Numbered from the stretch's first letter, positions 10,086 through 19,701 are shown. The stretch is 32,000 nucleotides of DNA from an uncultured bacterium (GCA_963699255.1 OY969425.1:1710001-1742000), one strand, 5' to 3'. Numbers and translations: made by a program. The notes: generated by a model not told the origin, from the sequence alone.

Positions 10086-11145
10086 GCTTCTCGATCTTTT
10101 TTATCAATTCTCCTATACCTTTTCCATTAAGCGCGGATATTGTAACTGCCGGGTTGTATTTATTTAAAAGAACGTTGGCGTCACCCACATATCTGTCTAT
10201 CTTATTGAATACAGTTAATATTGGTTTGGTGATCGCGGACAGGTCTTCCAGGACCTTATATGTTGTGCTCATCTGCTCGATGAAATTCGGTTGGGATATG
10301 TCCACTATATGTATAAGCACGTCCGCCTGGGTTGTTCCCTCAAGCGTTGCCTGGAAAGCCTCAACCAGGCTGTGCGGAAGGTCATGGATAAAACCGACCG
10401 TATCTGTAAGCAGTATCGCCTTATTGTTGGGGAGCCGTAATTTTCTCGTCACCGGATCAAGCGTCGCGAACAATTTATCCTCGGCGGCGACACCGGCCCC
10501 TGTAAGAGCGTTAAGCAGGGTCGATTTGCCGGCATTGGTGTATCCGACAATGGCTGCAACGGAAACTCTTGACTGCTGCCTTTTTTCTCTCCTGATCCAT
10601 CTGTGATGCCGGACATCCTCCAGTTCTTCTTTGAGCTGGGATATCCTTTTCCTTATTCTTCTTCTGTCCGTTTCAAGCTTTGTTTCGCCCGGGCCCCGCG
10701 TGCCGATCCCGCCTCCGAGACGTGAAAGTTCGATGCCTTTCCCGGTCAAATGCGTCAGGGTGTAGTTAGCCTGCGCAAGTTCAACCTGGAGTTTTCCTTC
10801 GCGCGTATGCGCGTGCTGGGCGAAGATGTCGAGTATCAGGCCCGTCCGATCGATCACTTTAAGCCCAAGCTGGCCTTGCAGGTTCCTTATCTGGGAAGGG
10901 GAGAGATCGTTGTTGAATATCACCATATCCGCGTTCGTTGATGCACAGAGAGCTTTAAGCTCGGCGGCCTTGCCCTCTCCTATGTAATATTTCACATCGG
11001 GTTTGTCCCTCGACTGCGCGATCTCGCCGACGCTATCGGCGCCGGCGGTCTTTGCCAGAGCCTCAAGCTCCACGATATCGTAGGGATCGATAGGTTCTTT
11101 GTGCAGGCTTACATCAACGAGGACGGCGCGCTCAAGCTTATTCAT
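10078..11145 (-). CDS. hflX: GTPase HflX
   Basis: GGGIGTRGPGETKLETDRR, GYTNAGKSTLLNALTG, DTVGFIHDLPHSLVEAFQATLE, FNKID. Confidence 0.94.
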   Translation of the reverse strand: MNKLERAVLVDVSLHKEPIDPYDIVELEALAKTAGADSVGEIAQSRDKPDVKYYIGEGKAAELKALCASTNADMVIFNNDLSPSQIRNLQGQLGLKVIDRTGLILDIFAQHAHTREGKLQVELAQANYTLTHLTGKGIELSRLGGGIGTRGPGETKLETDRRRIRKRISQLKEELEDVRHHRWIRREKRQQSRVSVAAIVGYTNAGKSTLLNALTGAGVAAEDKLFATLDPVTRKLRLPNNKAILLTDTVGFIHDLPHSLVEAFQATLEGTTQADVLIHIVDISQPNFIEQMSTTYKVLEDLSAITKPILTVFNKIDRYVGDANVLLNKYNPAVTISALNGKGIGELIKKIEKLI

Positions 11146-12124
11146 TCTTCAGTTCACGCTGCATAAGCTGCGTTATCGCTTTGAACGGATCCTTTCCTTC
11201 ATAGAGGACGGCGTAAACCTCTTCGGTTATCGGCATCTCGATCTTTAGCTTCCTTGACAGTTCTCTCGCGGCTTTTGAGGTAGGAACGCCCTCTGCCACG
11301 TCATACATCTTTGTCAATATTTCGGTCATGCGACGACCTTTTGCTATTTCCATTCCCACCTGGTGGTTCCTTGAGAGCGTGCTTGAGCACGTCGTTATCA
11401 GGTCCCCGACCCCGGACAGGCCGCTAAAGGTATCTGACCGCCCTCCCATCGCTATTCCGAGCCTTGTGATCTCGGCTATCCCTCTTACCAGAAGGGCCGA
11501 TTTGGCGTTATTCCCAAGCATGAGTCCGTCCGCAACTCCGGCAGCCAACGCTATCACGTTCTTCAGAGCGCCTCCGAGTTCAACACCGACCACATCGGTA
11601 TTGGTATAGACCCTGAACCTGCTGCTGTTCAGGAGCTGCTGCGCGAATTTCGCAGTTTCAATTTTCTTCGAAGCCGAAACTGTGGCGGCCGGAAGGCCTC
11701 TGGCTATTTCCTTTGAAATGTTGGGGCCTGATATCACGGCGAGGTTCTCGCACGGAAGCTCGTCTCTTATCACCTCCGACATTCTTTTTTGAGTTTCGAT
11801 CTCAAGGCCTTTTACCGCGCTTATTATCACCGCTCCCTTTTTCACGAACCTCGCCATATTTCGCAGCGTTTCCCTAAGGTACTGTGAAGGGGTGACCAGT
11901 ATTATGATCTCGCTTTCGGCGGCCTTTTTAATGTCGGTCGTTGAATCAATGTTTTGGGGAAGCTGGAAACCGTTCAGATATTTTTTGTTTTCCCTCAGCT
12001 CATTTATGCTTCTTGCAACGTCTTCCTCATAGGACCATATCGTGGGAGAATGTCCGTTTTCCGCTGCCAGGATCGAGATCGTAGTCCCCCACGCGCCCGC
12101 GCCGATGATCGATAGTTTGCTCAT
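11138..12124 (-). CDS. gpsA: glycerol-3-phosphate dehydrogenase [NAD(P)+]
   Basis: GAGAWGTTISILAAENGH, VISAVKGLE, GPNISKEIARGLPAA, ELGGALKNVIALAAGVADGL, GLSGVGDLITTC. Confidence 0.94.
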   Translation of the reverse strand: MSKLSIIGAGAWGTTISILAAENGHSPTIWSYEEDVARSINELRENKKYLNGFQLPQNIDSTTDIKKAAESEIIILVTPSQYLRETLRNMARFVKKGAVIISAVKGLEIETQKRMSEVIRDELPCENLAVISGPNISKEIARGLPAATVSASKKIETAKFAQQLLNSSRFRVYTNTDVVGVELGGALKNVIALAAGVADGLMLGNNAKSALLVRGIAEITRLGIAMGGRSDTFSGLSGVGDLITTCSSTLSRNHQVGMEIAKGRRMTEILTKMYDVAEGVPTSKAARELSRKLKIEMPITEEVYAVLYEGKDPFKAITQLMQRELKNE

Positions 12125-12732
12125 TTCGCCCCCCAGATCTTGGGCTCGGTGCCGGACAAAAGCCTTTTAATGTTAGGTAAGTGCTTGTAGATCATAAGTG
12201 CGGCGGCGAGCACGGTGCATATTCCGTAAGCCAGAGGTTTATTGAGAATGAACATAAGTGCGGCGAGAAGTATCACGCCGGATATTGACGCAACTGAAAC
12301 ATAACGGGTTATCGCTATGCAGACGATCACATATATTATTGCTATAACGAACAGATCGGGAGCTATGCCGAGCAGTATCCCAAGGCTTGTCGCGGCCCCT
12401 TTTCCTCCCTTGAAACCTAGGAAGATCGAGAACATGTGGCCGACCATGGCGGCAACTCCGGCAACCACTACGAAGTATTCTCTTGAGAGCAGAGGCGTTG
12501 ATTGCGGAAGCAGCGCTTGAGCGATATAAACGGCGGCGGCTCCCTTGAGCAGGTCCATTATGAATACAGAAATGGCCGGCCAGGTCCCGAGCGTCCTGTA
12601 TATATTTGTGGCGCCGATATTCCCGCTGCCGACCTTTCTTATATCGACACCCTTTATTTTTCCCACCAGGAAGCCAAAAGGGATCGAGCCTATAAGATAA
12701 CCGAGAATGACCGGAAGAACTAAATTGATCAT
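12121..12732 (-). CDS. plsY: glycerol-3-phosphate acyltransferase PlsY
   Basis: GSIPFGFLVGKIKGVDIRKVGSGNIGATN, MVGHMFSIFLGFKGGKGAATSLG; polytopic membrane profile. Confidence 0.93.
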   Translation of the reverse strand: MINLVLPVILGYLIGSIPFGFLVGKIKGVDIRKVGSGNIGATNIYRTLGTWPAISVFIMDLLKGAAAVYIAQALLPQSTPLLSREYFVVVAGVAAMVGHMFSIFLGFKGGKGAATSLGILLGIAPDLFVIAIIYVIVCIAITRYVSVASISGVILLAALMFILNKPLAYGICTVLAAALMIYKHLPNIKRLLSGTEPKIWGAK

Positions 12733-12741
12733 CAGACCCTT

Positions 12742-12770
12742 ATTTTACGATAGGAAATAGATCCTTGCAA
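12742..12770 (-). promoter_or_regulatory. putative sigma-70-like promoter of plsY-gpsA-hflX
   Basis: Minus strand: TTGCAA (12770-12765), 17-nt spacer, TAAAAT (12747-12742); plsY ATG begins at 12732. Confidence 0.5.
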
Positions 12771-12793
12771 GCGGTCTCCTTTTTCTGTAGAAT
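12765..12793 (+). promoter_or_regulatory. putative sigma-70-like promoter of efp-accB
   Basis: Plus strand: TTGCAA (12765-12770), 17-nt spacer, TAGAAT (12788-12793); efp ATG at 12804. The same six bases form the minus-strand -35. Confidence 0.5.
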
Positions 12794-12803
12794 AGCCGCT
12801 CTT

Positions 12804-13370
12804 ATGGTAACAATATCGATCACAGAAGCAAAACCCGGAGTATCAATAGAGACCGATGGGGGCCTTTTCCAGGTCATTGACTATAAGCACATTAAAATGG
12901 CTCAGCAGTCGGTCGTTAAGATCAAAATGAAGAACATGATCACCGGGGCCACAGTTGAACGCTCCTTCAGGGTGAGTGAAAAGGTTGAAAAAGCCCACAT
13001 TGATTTCAAGAACATGCAATATCTCTACCACGTTCAGGACGACTTCACATTCATGGACCAGGAAACGTTCGAGCAGCTCACGCTAACAAAGGAAAAAATA
13101 GGCGACGCTGCCGGCTATATCAAAGAAGAATCCCTTGTCACGCTCATGTTCTATAAGAATCAGATAATAGGCATTAACATCCCCAATTCGGTCGAGCTGA
13201 AGGTCGCTGATACGGAGCCCGGGTACAAGGGCGACACGGTTCAGGGCGCCATGAAACAGGCAAAACTTGAAACGGGGATATCCATCCAGGTGCCGCTGTT
13301 CATCAATCAAGGCGATATGGTAAAAGTAGATACCAGGACAGGGAAGTATATTGAAAGGGTTCAGGGTTGA
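12804..13370 (+). CDS. efp: elongation factor P, atypical loop
   Basis: ORF track starts at TTG 12765; ATG 12804 gives MVTISITEAKPGVSIETDGGLFQVIDYKHIK. EF-P signatures: MQYLY, FMDQETFEQL, VELKVADTEPGYKGDTVQGAMKQAKLETG, VKVDTRTGKYIERV. Confidence 0.9.
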   Translation: MVTISITEAKPGVSIETDGGLFQVIDYKHIKMAQQSVVKIKMKNMITGATVERSFRVSEKVEKAHIDFKNMQYLYHVQDDFTFMDQETFEQLTLTKEKIGDAAGYIKEESLVTLMFYKNQIIGINIPNSVELKVADTEPGYKGDTVQGAMKQAKLETGISIQVPLFINQGDMVKVDTRTGKYIERVQG

Positions 13371-13395
13371 TTTATGAAGGGGGCTTTAGTAGAAT

Positions 13396-13851
13396 ATGAA
13401 ATCTGATATGGACCTAGAACTTGTAAAAAAGGTAATAAAGATCGCTGAGGACGCCGATATTTCCGGCCTTGCTGTACAGCAGGGGGATTTCAGGGTTGAG
13501 GTCAAAAGGGAAAAGATAGGGACCGTTGTCACCTCCCAGCCTGCTATTCCGCATCAACCTACTTCCGCTGCATCAGCCCAGTCAAATCCGAAAGATGAGG
13601 AAGAAGAAGGCGTTGTAGCCATTATTGCCCCGATGGTCGGGACATTTTACAGGGCGCCGTCTCCCGACTCTTCACCGTATGTTGAGATAGGGGATAAGGT
13701 GGAGCCGGGTAAGACCGTTTGCATAATTGAAGCCATGAAACTTTTCAACGAGATCGAGGCCGAGATCAGAGGCGAGGTCGTGAAGATCCTCGTTGAAGAC
13801 GGCCAGCCTGTTGAATACGGGCAAAAGTTGTTCCAGATCCGCAAGGGATAA
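13396..13851 (+). CDS. accB: biotin carboxyl carrier protein of acetyl-CoA carboxylase
   Basis: IIAPMVGTFYRAPSPDSSPYVEIGDKV and the biotinylation site CIIEAMKLFNEIEAE. Confidence 0.94.
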   Translation: MKSDMDLELVKKVIKIAEDADISGLAVQQGDFRVEVKREKIGTVVTSQPAIPHQPTSAASAQSNPKDEEEEGVVAIIAPMVGTFYRAPSPDSSPYVEIGDKVEPGKTVCIIEAMKLFNEIEAEIRGEVVKILVEDGQPVEYGQKLFQIRKG

Positions 13852-15554
13852 TGAGCTTAACCGGCAAAAGGTGGCTGGTAAGCCGCCAGGAAAAAGAAGC
13901 CGCACAAGAAATATCAAAAGCCTCCAGAATTTCCACCACGCTTGCACAGGTCCTGATCAATAGAGGCATGTCCGGCATTTCAGAAATAGACGCTTTTATT
14001 ACCCCGAAACTCAGCTATCTGTCAAGCCCTTACGAGATCCCGGATATGGAGAAAGCCGCGCAGAGGGTGCTCTCGGCAAAGAACAAGGGAGAACGCGTTG
14101 CGGTATACGGCGATTACGATGTTGACGGGGTAACGGGTACGGCCATTCTTCTTCTGACACTGAAGGATCTGGGCATTGATGTCACATATTATATCCCACA
14201 CAGGTACAGCGAAGGTTACGGAATGAATAACAGCGCGGTAAAAAAGTTGTTCGATGAAGGTGTAAGGCTTATTGTGACGGTCGACTGCGGGATAAGCAAC
14301 TTGCTGGAGATCGAATACGCAAACTCGCTGGGGATGGAAGTTGTCGTTACGGACCATCACAATCCTCCGGCGGAACTGCCGAAAGCTTACGCGCTCGTTA
14401 ATCCGAAACTGATCGACGGCGATCACAGCGCAAGGGAGCTGTCGGGGGCCGGCGTAGCGTTCAAATTCGCCTGGGGGCTTTACAGGACCGCCGGGATAAA
14501 GGACAGCTCCAACCTGATGGACATGTTCGACCTGGCGGGGCTTGGGACGATCGCGGACATAGTCCCGCTTCTTGATGAGAACAGGATACTGGCGGTGTAC
14601 GGGCTGAAAAGCTTGAACAACTGCAACCGGGCGGGGCTTAAGAGCCTTATCGAGTCGGTCGGCATAAAGAAAAAGATAACTTCCAGCTCCGTCAACTTCG
14701 CGATCGCGCCGAGGCTGAATTCCGCCGGCCGCCTTGAGCACGCGTCTTTAAGCGTTGAGCTTTTGATAACCAGGGATCAGTTGAAGGCGAGAACACTGGC
14801 GCTTGAACTTAACCGTCTTAATTCAAAGAGGCAAAGCATAGGAAAGCAGATCCAGGAGGAGGTTTTCAGTAAGATCGGCGAAAACCCCGAGAAATCGATA
14901 GTTCTCTGCGGGAACTCCTGGAACCCGGGAGTGATAGGGATCGTTGCATCCCAGGTGGTCGAAAAATATTACAGGCCTGCCGTTCTGATAGGCCTGAATG
15001 AAGGGATCGGCAGGGGTTCGGCAAGGTCGATCGACGGGATAAATATTTTCGGCGCGCTTAACGAATGCAGGGACCTCTTCTCTGATTTTGGAGGCCACAA
15101 GAAGGCGGCCGGATTCGAGGTCGTTGAAGATAATATCCCCGAACTTATCAGAAGGCTCAAGGAAATAATCGATGAGATGATGTCGGATGAAGACCTTATG
15201 CCGACACTTGAGATCGAGACCGTGCTTGATCCAAGAGAAATAACGATGGGGCTCGCCTCCGAACTTGAACTACTGGACCCTCACGGCGAGGATAACCCGC
15301 CGCCTGTTTTTGCCAGCTACGGCTTAAAGTTGATAGACATGAGAAGGGTCGGGGACGGCAGCCATTTAAAGGCAAGGTTCACCGACGGGAAAGTCACTCT
15401 TGATTCCATTGGATTTTCGTTGGGGGGCATGGCTCCCAAATTAACGCTGGGCGACAACTATGATCTGGCATATAATTTGGAAGTGAACGAATTTAACGGG
15501 TTCGAATCGGCGCAGCTGAACGTTGTTGACATCAGGAGCGAGGGCGGATCATGA
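13851..15554 (+). CDS. recJ: single-stranded-DNA-specific exonuclease RecJ
   Basis: YGDYDVDGVTGTAIL, VDCGIS, VVVTDHHNPP, GIVASQVVEKYYRPAVLIG, SIDGINIFGAL, FGGHKKAAGFEV. Confidence 0.93.
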   Translation: MSLTGKRWLVSRQEKEAAQEISKASRISTTLAQVLINRGMSGISEIDAFITPKLSYLSSPYEIPDMEKAAQRVLSAKNKGERVAVYGDYDVDGVTGTAILLLTLKDLGIDVTYYIPHRYSEGYGMNNSAVKKLFDEGVRLIVTVDCGISNLLEIEYANSLGMEVVVTDHHNPPAELPKAYALVNPKLIDGDHSARELSGAGVAFKFAWGLYRTAGIKDSSNLMDMFDLAGLGTIADIVPLLDENRILAVYGLKSLNNCNRAGLKSLIESVGIKKKITSSSVNFAIAPRLNSAGRLEHASLSVELLITRDQLKARTLALELNRLNSKRQSIGKQIQEEVFSKIGENPEKSIVLCGNSWNPGVIGIVASQVVEKYYRPAVLIGLNEGIGRGSARSIDGINIFGALNECRDLFSDFGGHKKAAGFEVVEDNIPELIRRLKEIIDEMMSDEDLMPTLEIETVLDPREITMGLASELELLDPHGEDNPPPVFASYGLKLIDMRRVGDGSHLKARFTDGKVTLDSIGFSLGGMAPKLTLGDNYDLAYNLEVNEFNGFESAQLNVVDIRSEGGS

Positions 15555-16822
15555 AAATATTGATGATCGGGAGCGGCGGGAGAGAACACGCGCTTGTCTG
15601 GAAGATATCACAGAGCAAAAAAGTTGAGAAGATCTACTGCGCGCCGGGTAACGCCGGGATATCGCAGCTTGCCCAGTGCGTTGACATAAAGCCGGATAAT
15701 ATCCCCGAACTGAAGAAATTCGCGATCGCCAAAAAAGTCGATTTGACCATTGTCGGGCCGGAGTTGCCGCTTGCGGCGGGTATCGTTGACGAGTTCAGGA
15801 AAGAGGGCTTGAAGATATTCGGCCCGTCCAAGGCGGCCGCGAGACTCGAAGGCAGCAAGATATTCGCAAAAGAGATGATGAAAAAATTCAATGTTCCGAC
15901 CGCAAGATTTGCCGAATTCACGGATGAGCGTAAAGCGATGCAATATCTTCGGGATTCCAGTCTTCCGATAGTTATTAAGGCTGACGGATTAGCTGCGGGA
16001 AAAGGGGTTGTGGTCGCGTCCGAATTCGGGGAAGCGGAGGAAGCGGTCCACAGGATGCTTGTTGAAAAAGAATTCGGAGAAGCCTCCTCTAAAATAATGA
16101 TCGAAGAATGCCTTGTCGGTCAGGAAGCGTCGATCCTGGCTTTTTCGGACGGCGTGCACTATACGATCATGCAATCGGCGCAGGACCACAAGAGGGTTTT
16201 TGATAATGACATGGGACCGAATACGGGAGGGATGGGAGCGTACAGCCCGGCGCCGGTCGTCACAGGCAAGATATTGAAAGAACTCGAAGATAAATTTTTC
16301 AGCAGAATGATCGACGGCATGCAAAAAGAAGGAGTCCCTTTTGTTGGCGTGCTTTACGCTGGGATAATGATCACAAAAGACGGACCGAAAGTCCTTGAAT
16401 TCAACGTCAGGTTCGGCGATCCCGAGACACAGCCGATAATGATGAGGTTAAAGACGGACCTTGTCGATATTATCGAGCATGTACTTGACGGCGCACTCGA
16501 TAAGATAACAGTTGAGTGGGAACCGAAGGCTGCTGTATGCGTTGTGCTTGCTTCAAAGGGGTATCCCGGCGAGTATGAAAAAGGCAAGGAAATATCGGGT
16601 CTCAGTGAGGCAAAAGCCTTGAAGGACGCGGTTGTTTTCCATGCGGGGACATTGCTTAAGAACGGCAAGATAGTTACTTCCGGCGGACGCGTCCTGGGAG
16701 TGACCGCAATGGCGGATACCATCGAGTCAGCTATCGACCGGGCATACAGCATTGTCCACATGATAAAATTCGACGGCATGCACTACAGGAGCGATATAGG
16801 AAGAAAGGCATTGAAAGCTTAA
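15551..16822 (+). CDS. purD: phosphoribosylamine--glycine ligase
   Basis: MKILMIGSGGREHALVWKI, GPELPLAAGIVDEF, IKADGLAAGKGVVVA, MGAYSPAPV, EFNVRFGDPETQ. Confidence 0.95.
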   Translation: MKILMIGSGGREHALVWKISQSKKVEKIYCAPGNAGISQLAQCVDIKPDNIPELKKFAIAKKVDLTIVGPELPLAAGIVDEFRKEGLKIFGPSKAAARLEGSKIFAKEMMKKFNVPTARFAEFTDERKAMQYLRDSSLPIVIKADGLAAGKGVVVASEFGEAEEAVHRMLVEKEFGEASSKIMIEECLVGQEASILAFSDGVHYTIMQSAQDHKRVFDNDMGPNTGGMGAYSPAPVVTGKILKELEDKFFSRMIDGMQKEGVPFVGVLYAGIMITKDGPKVLEFNVRFGDPETQPIMMRLKTDLVDIIEHVLDGALDKITVEWEPKAAVCVVLASKGYPGEYEKGKEISGLSEAKALKDAVVFHAGTLLKNGKIVTSGGRVLGVTAMADTIESAIDRAYSIVHMIKFDGMHYRSDIGRKALKA

Positions 16823-16924
16823 GTTCAATAACCCTTAATTTCCCAGTTGTTACACCTCATTATTTATTGAAATTTCCCCATGTTTTTGACGATATAGTGA
16901 CAGTAATAAAATTCGAGGCGGAAC

Positions 16925-18973
16925 ATGGGCAGAAAGATCATTATTACACTTATTTTGGCTGCATTTGCTCTGGCTGTGAATGCCCGGGCTGATGAAGTAG
17001 ATAGCCACGTGAAGGCGTTTTCAACCAGCAAGCCGTTCGCTCAGGGCCAGATAATCGTGAAATTCAATAAGCCCCATCAGCTGAGCGGACAATCCCAAAC
17101 ATCCGGTTTTTCCGTCAATAGTACCGGGTCAGATCAGGTAAAAGTAGAAAAGCTATTCAAGAAGACCAGTGCAAACATAATGTCAGTTGCTACGGCTGGT
17201 GGCGACAAGATCGACGAGCCCGGCGTGTACAAACTGACCTATAAGAACAGGGATGATATTTATTCAATTGTGGACGAACTAAAGAAGGATCCGGACGTTG
17301 ATTATGCCGAGCCGAATTACACATACCAGGCTTTTGTCGAGCCGAATGACCCGAACTTTTCTCTTGAATGGGGATTTTCGCAAGTGGGGGCTCCTGCCGC
17401 ATGGGATGTCACGAAAGGGGATCCTGATATCGTCATAGCGGTAATAGATACCGGAGTCGATTATAATCATCCGGACCTTAAAGATAATATCTGGCATAAT
17501 ACAAAAGAAATCGCTGGTAACGGCATAGATGATGACGGCAACGGGTATGTTGATGATGTGATCGGATGGGATTTTGTGAGCGTGCCTCCGGATTGGGTCG
17601 CACCCGGAGAAGATCCGGGACCTCCGGACAATAACCCGATGGATTTCTATGGACACGGAACGCATGTAGCAGGCATCGCGGCCGGCATACCTAATAACGG
17701 CATCGGAATAGCCGGAGCCGCCTGGAACTGCAAAATAATGCCGCTCAGGGCCGGGTATATGGCACCGGATGGCAACGGATATCTTGAGCTCTCTGATATT
17801 GCTGAAGCTCTTTATTACGCGGCGGATAACGGCGCAAATGTCATAAATATGAGTTTCGGATGCCTTTATGATTCCCAGCTTATGCATGACGCGATAGAAT
17901 ACGCGCACAGCAAAGGCTGTATCATGGTCGCTTCCGCCGGCAATGTTGACAGCTTTGACGTGGGGCAGCCTTTTTATCCTGCGGCTTATGATCACGTTAT
18001 CGCCGTTGCAGCCACGGGCGCCGGGGATAATATCGCGGTATGGAACCTGGCCGCTTTTTCCAACTTCGGCGATTTTGTCGATCTTTGCGCTCCCGGAACC
18101 ATGATATTAAGCACTCTCCCTCACGACTCATACGGCTATGCGAGCGGCACTTCCATGGCATCACCGTTCGTAGCGGGGATCGCCGCACTGCTAAAATCCA
18201 AGCATAAGGATTGGACGCCCGAGCAGGTGGAGGCAAGGCTTAAGGCAACGTCCGACGACGTTTATGCCGTTAACCCGCAGAGTTTTCTTGCCGGGAAACT
18301 TGGCGCCGGAAGGGTGAACGCAAAAAAGGCCTTAGGTAATTTGAGCATTGCGATCACTTATCCTAAACCCAGAAGCATCATGAGCGGTTGTGTGGTGGTA
18401 AAGGGATCGGCCGATATCGATAATTTTAACGGTTATAAACTCGAATTCTCCTCCGTTTCCAGTCCTGATGTATGGGCCCCGATCGTAGATAAGTCCACTC
18501 AACCCGTTGAAGACGGGATACTGGCCGTATGGAACATGGGTGATCCTGACGGGAAGTATAATTTAAGATTGACCGTATCAAATACGAGCGGAGAATCATA
18601 TGAGTGTATTACCCGCGTGAATTTCGGAACGAATGGAGAAGTAAAGCTGTCCGGGAAGCCGAAGTGCGGCCCGAGCCCGTATGATCCTGGAAAAGGGGAT
18701 TTCATGTTCTATTATGATCTTCTCGCGGCTTCCGATGTTGATATATATGTTTATGATATTTCCGGAACTCTGGTATGGCAAAAAAAACTTCCATATGATC
18801 CCGGGACCTCTGGCGGCGGCGGAAGCGCGGGAACTAACAGGGTTTTCTGGGACGGAGATAACGGCTTCGGGGAGACGCTTGGCAACGGCGCATATGTCTA
18901 TATGATAGTCGCACGCGACAGCGGAGAAAGAAAGATCATCGGCCGTGGAACGTTCGCGGTTCTCAGGAGCTAA
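16925..18973 (+). CDS. secreted S8 (subtilisin-like) serine peptidase with C-terminal FlgD-Ig-like domain
   Basis: Signal peptide; catalytic triad motifs VIAVIDTGVDYNHPDL, GHGTHVAGI, GTSMASPFVAGIAALL; C-terminus NRVFWDGDNGFGETLGNGAYVYMIVA. Confidence 0.92.
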   Translation: MGRKIIITLILAAFALAVNARADEVDSHVKAFSTSKPFAQGQIIVKFNKPHQLSGQSQTSGFSVNSTGSDQVKVEKLFKKTSANIMSVATAGGDKIDEPGVYKLTYKNRDDIYSIVDELKKDPDVDYAEPNYTYQAFVEPNDPNFSLEWGFSQVGAPAAWDVTKGDPDIVIAVIDTGVDYNHPDLKDNIWHNTKEIAGNGIDDDGNGYVDDVIGWDFVSVPPDWVAPGEDPGPPDNNPMDFYGHGTHVAGIAAGIPNNGIGIAGAAWNCKIMPLRAGYMAPDGNGYLELSDIAEALYYAADNGANVINMSFGCLYDSQLMHDAIEYAHSKGCIMVASAGNVDSFDVGQPFYPAAYDHVIAVAATGAGDNIAVWNLAAFSNFGDFVDLCAPGTMILSTLPHDSYGYASGTSMASPFVAGIAALLKSKHKDWTPEQVEARLKATSDDVYAVNPQSFLAGKLGAGRVNAKKALGNLSIAITYPKPRSIMSGCVVVKGSADIDNFNGYKLEFSSVSSPDVWAPIVDKSTQPVEDGILAVWNMGDPDGKYNLRLTVSNTSGESYECITRVNFGTNGEVKLSGKPKCGPSPYDPGKGDFMFYYDLLAASDVDIYVYDISGTLVWQKKLPYDPGTSGGGGSAGTNRVFWDGDNGFGETLGNGAYVYMIVARDSGERKIIGRGTFAVLRS

Positions 18974-18996
18974 TTTTTTCAGATCGCCTCCCGCAA

Positions 18997-19025
18997 TTGA
19001 CTTCTCCTTATTTTATTAGTAGCAT
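18997..19025 (+). promoter_or_regulatory. putative promoter of rdgB
   Basis: TTGACT (18997-19002), 17-nt spacer, TAGCAT (19020-19025); ATG at 19034, so the transcript would be almost leaderless. Confidence 0.4.
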
Positions 19026-19033
19026 TTCCTCAA

Positions 19034-19627
19034 ATGTCGAAAAATTTGATAGTCGCAACAAAGAACAAAGATAAAGTCCGAGAGATCAAGCTCATTCTTA
19101 AGCCCCTTGGAATAAAGGTAATATCCCTTATTGATCTGCCGAATATGCCGGATATAAAGGAAAACGGCAGAACGTTCAGTGAAAATGCGGTCAAAAAAGC
19201 CAAGACGATCGCCGAACGGTCAAAAACCTATGTTCTGGCCGATGACTCGGGATTAGAGGTTAATTCATTGAACGGACGTCCCGGCGTAAGGTCGGCCCGA
19301 TATGCGGGGCCAAACCCCACGACAAAGAAACTCTGCATGAAACTATTAAAGGAGATGAAGGACAAGCGGGACAGAAGAGCCAGATTTGTTTGTGTGATCG
19401 CGATCGCGAGTCCAAAAAAGTCATTGACCGTTAAAGGTGTTTGTAAAGGAAGGATAGTTTTTAAGATGAAAGGCGTACACGGTTTCGGATACGATCCGGT
19501 TTTTGTCCCGCAGGGCTATGGTAAGACCTTTGCCCAAATGCCTCTAAAACATAAGAATCAGATCAGCCACAGGGGAAAAGCGCTAAAAAAAGCGAAAGCT
19601 TGCCTTGATAGAATATTTGCCTCATGA
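19034..19627 (+). CDS. rdgB: XTP/dITP diphosphatase (RdgB/HAM1 family)
   Basis: LIVATKNKDKVREI, FSENAVKKAKTIAE, VLADDSGLEVNSLNGRPGVRSARYAG, GFGYDPVFVPQGYGKTFAQM. Confidence 0.93.
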   Translation: MSKNLIVATKNKDKVREIKLILKPLGIKVISLIDLPNMPDIKENGRTFSENAVKKAKTIAERSKTYVLADDSGLEVNSLNGRPGVRSARYAGPNPTTKKLCMKLLKEMKDKRDRRARFVCVIAIASPKKSLTVKGVCKGRIVFKMKGVHGFGYDPVFVPQGYGKTFAQMPLKHKNQISHRGKALKKAKACLDRIFAS

Positions 19628-19701
19628 TATACTTTTCCTGAAAAATTGCCTTTCCTATAGCTAAATTTGAATTTAGAACTACCGGGTCCGAAGGACAAGA
19701 T

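Noticed and set aside
14022-14741. 239-aa antisense ORF opposite recJ
   Set aside because: No recognisable domain and fully antisense to conserved RecJ motifs.
16886-16912. TTGACG...TAAAAT upstream of the S8 peptidase
   Set aside because: The spacer is only 15 nt; too weak to call without expression data.
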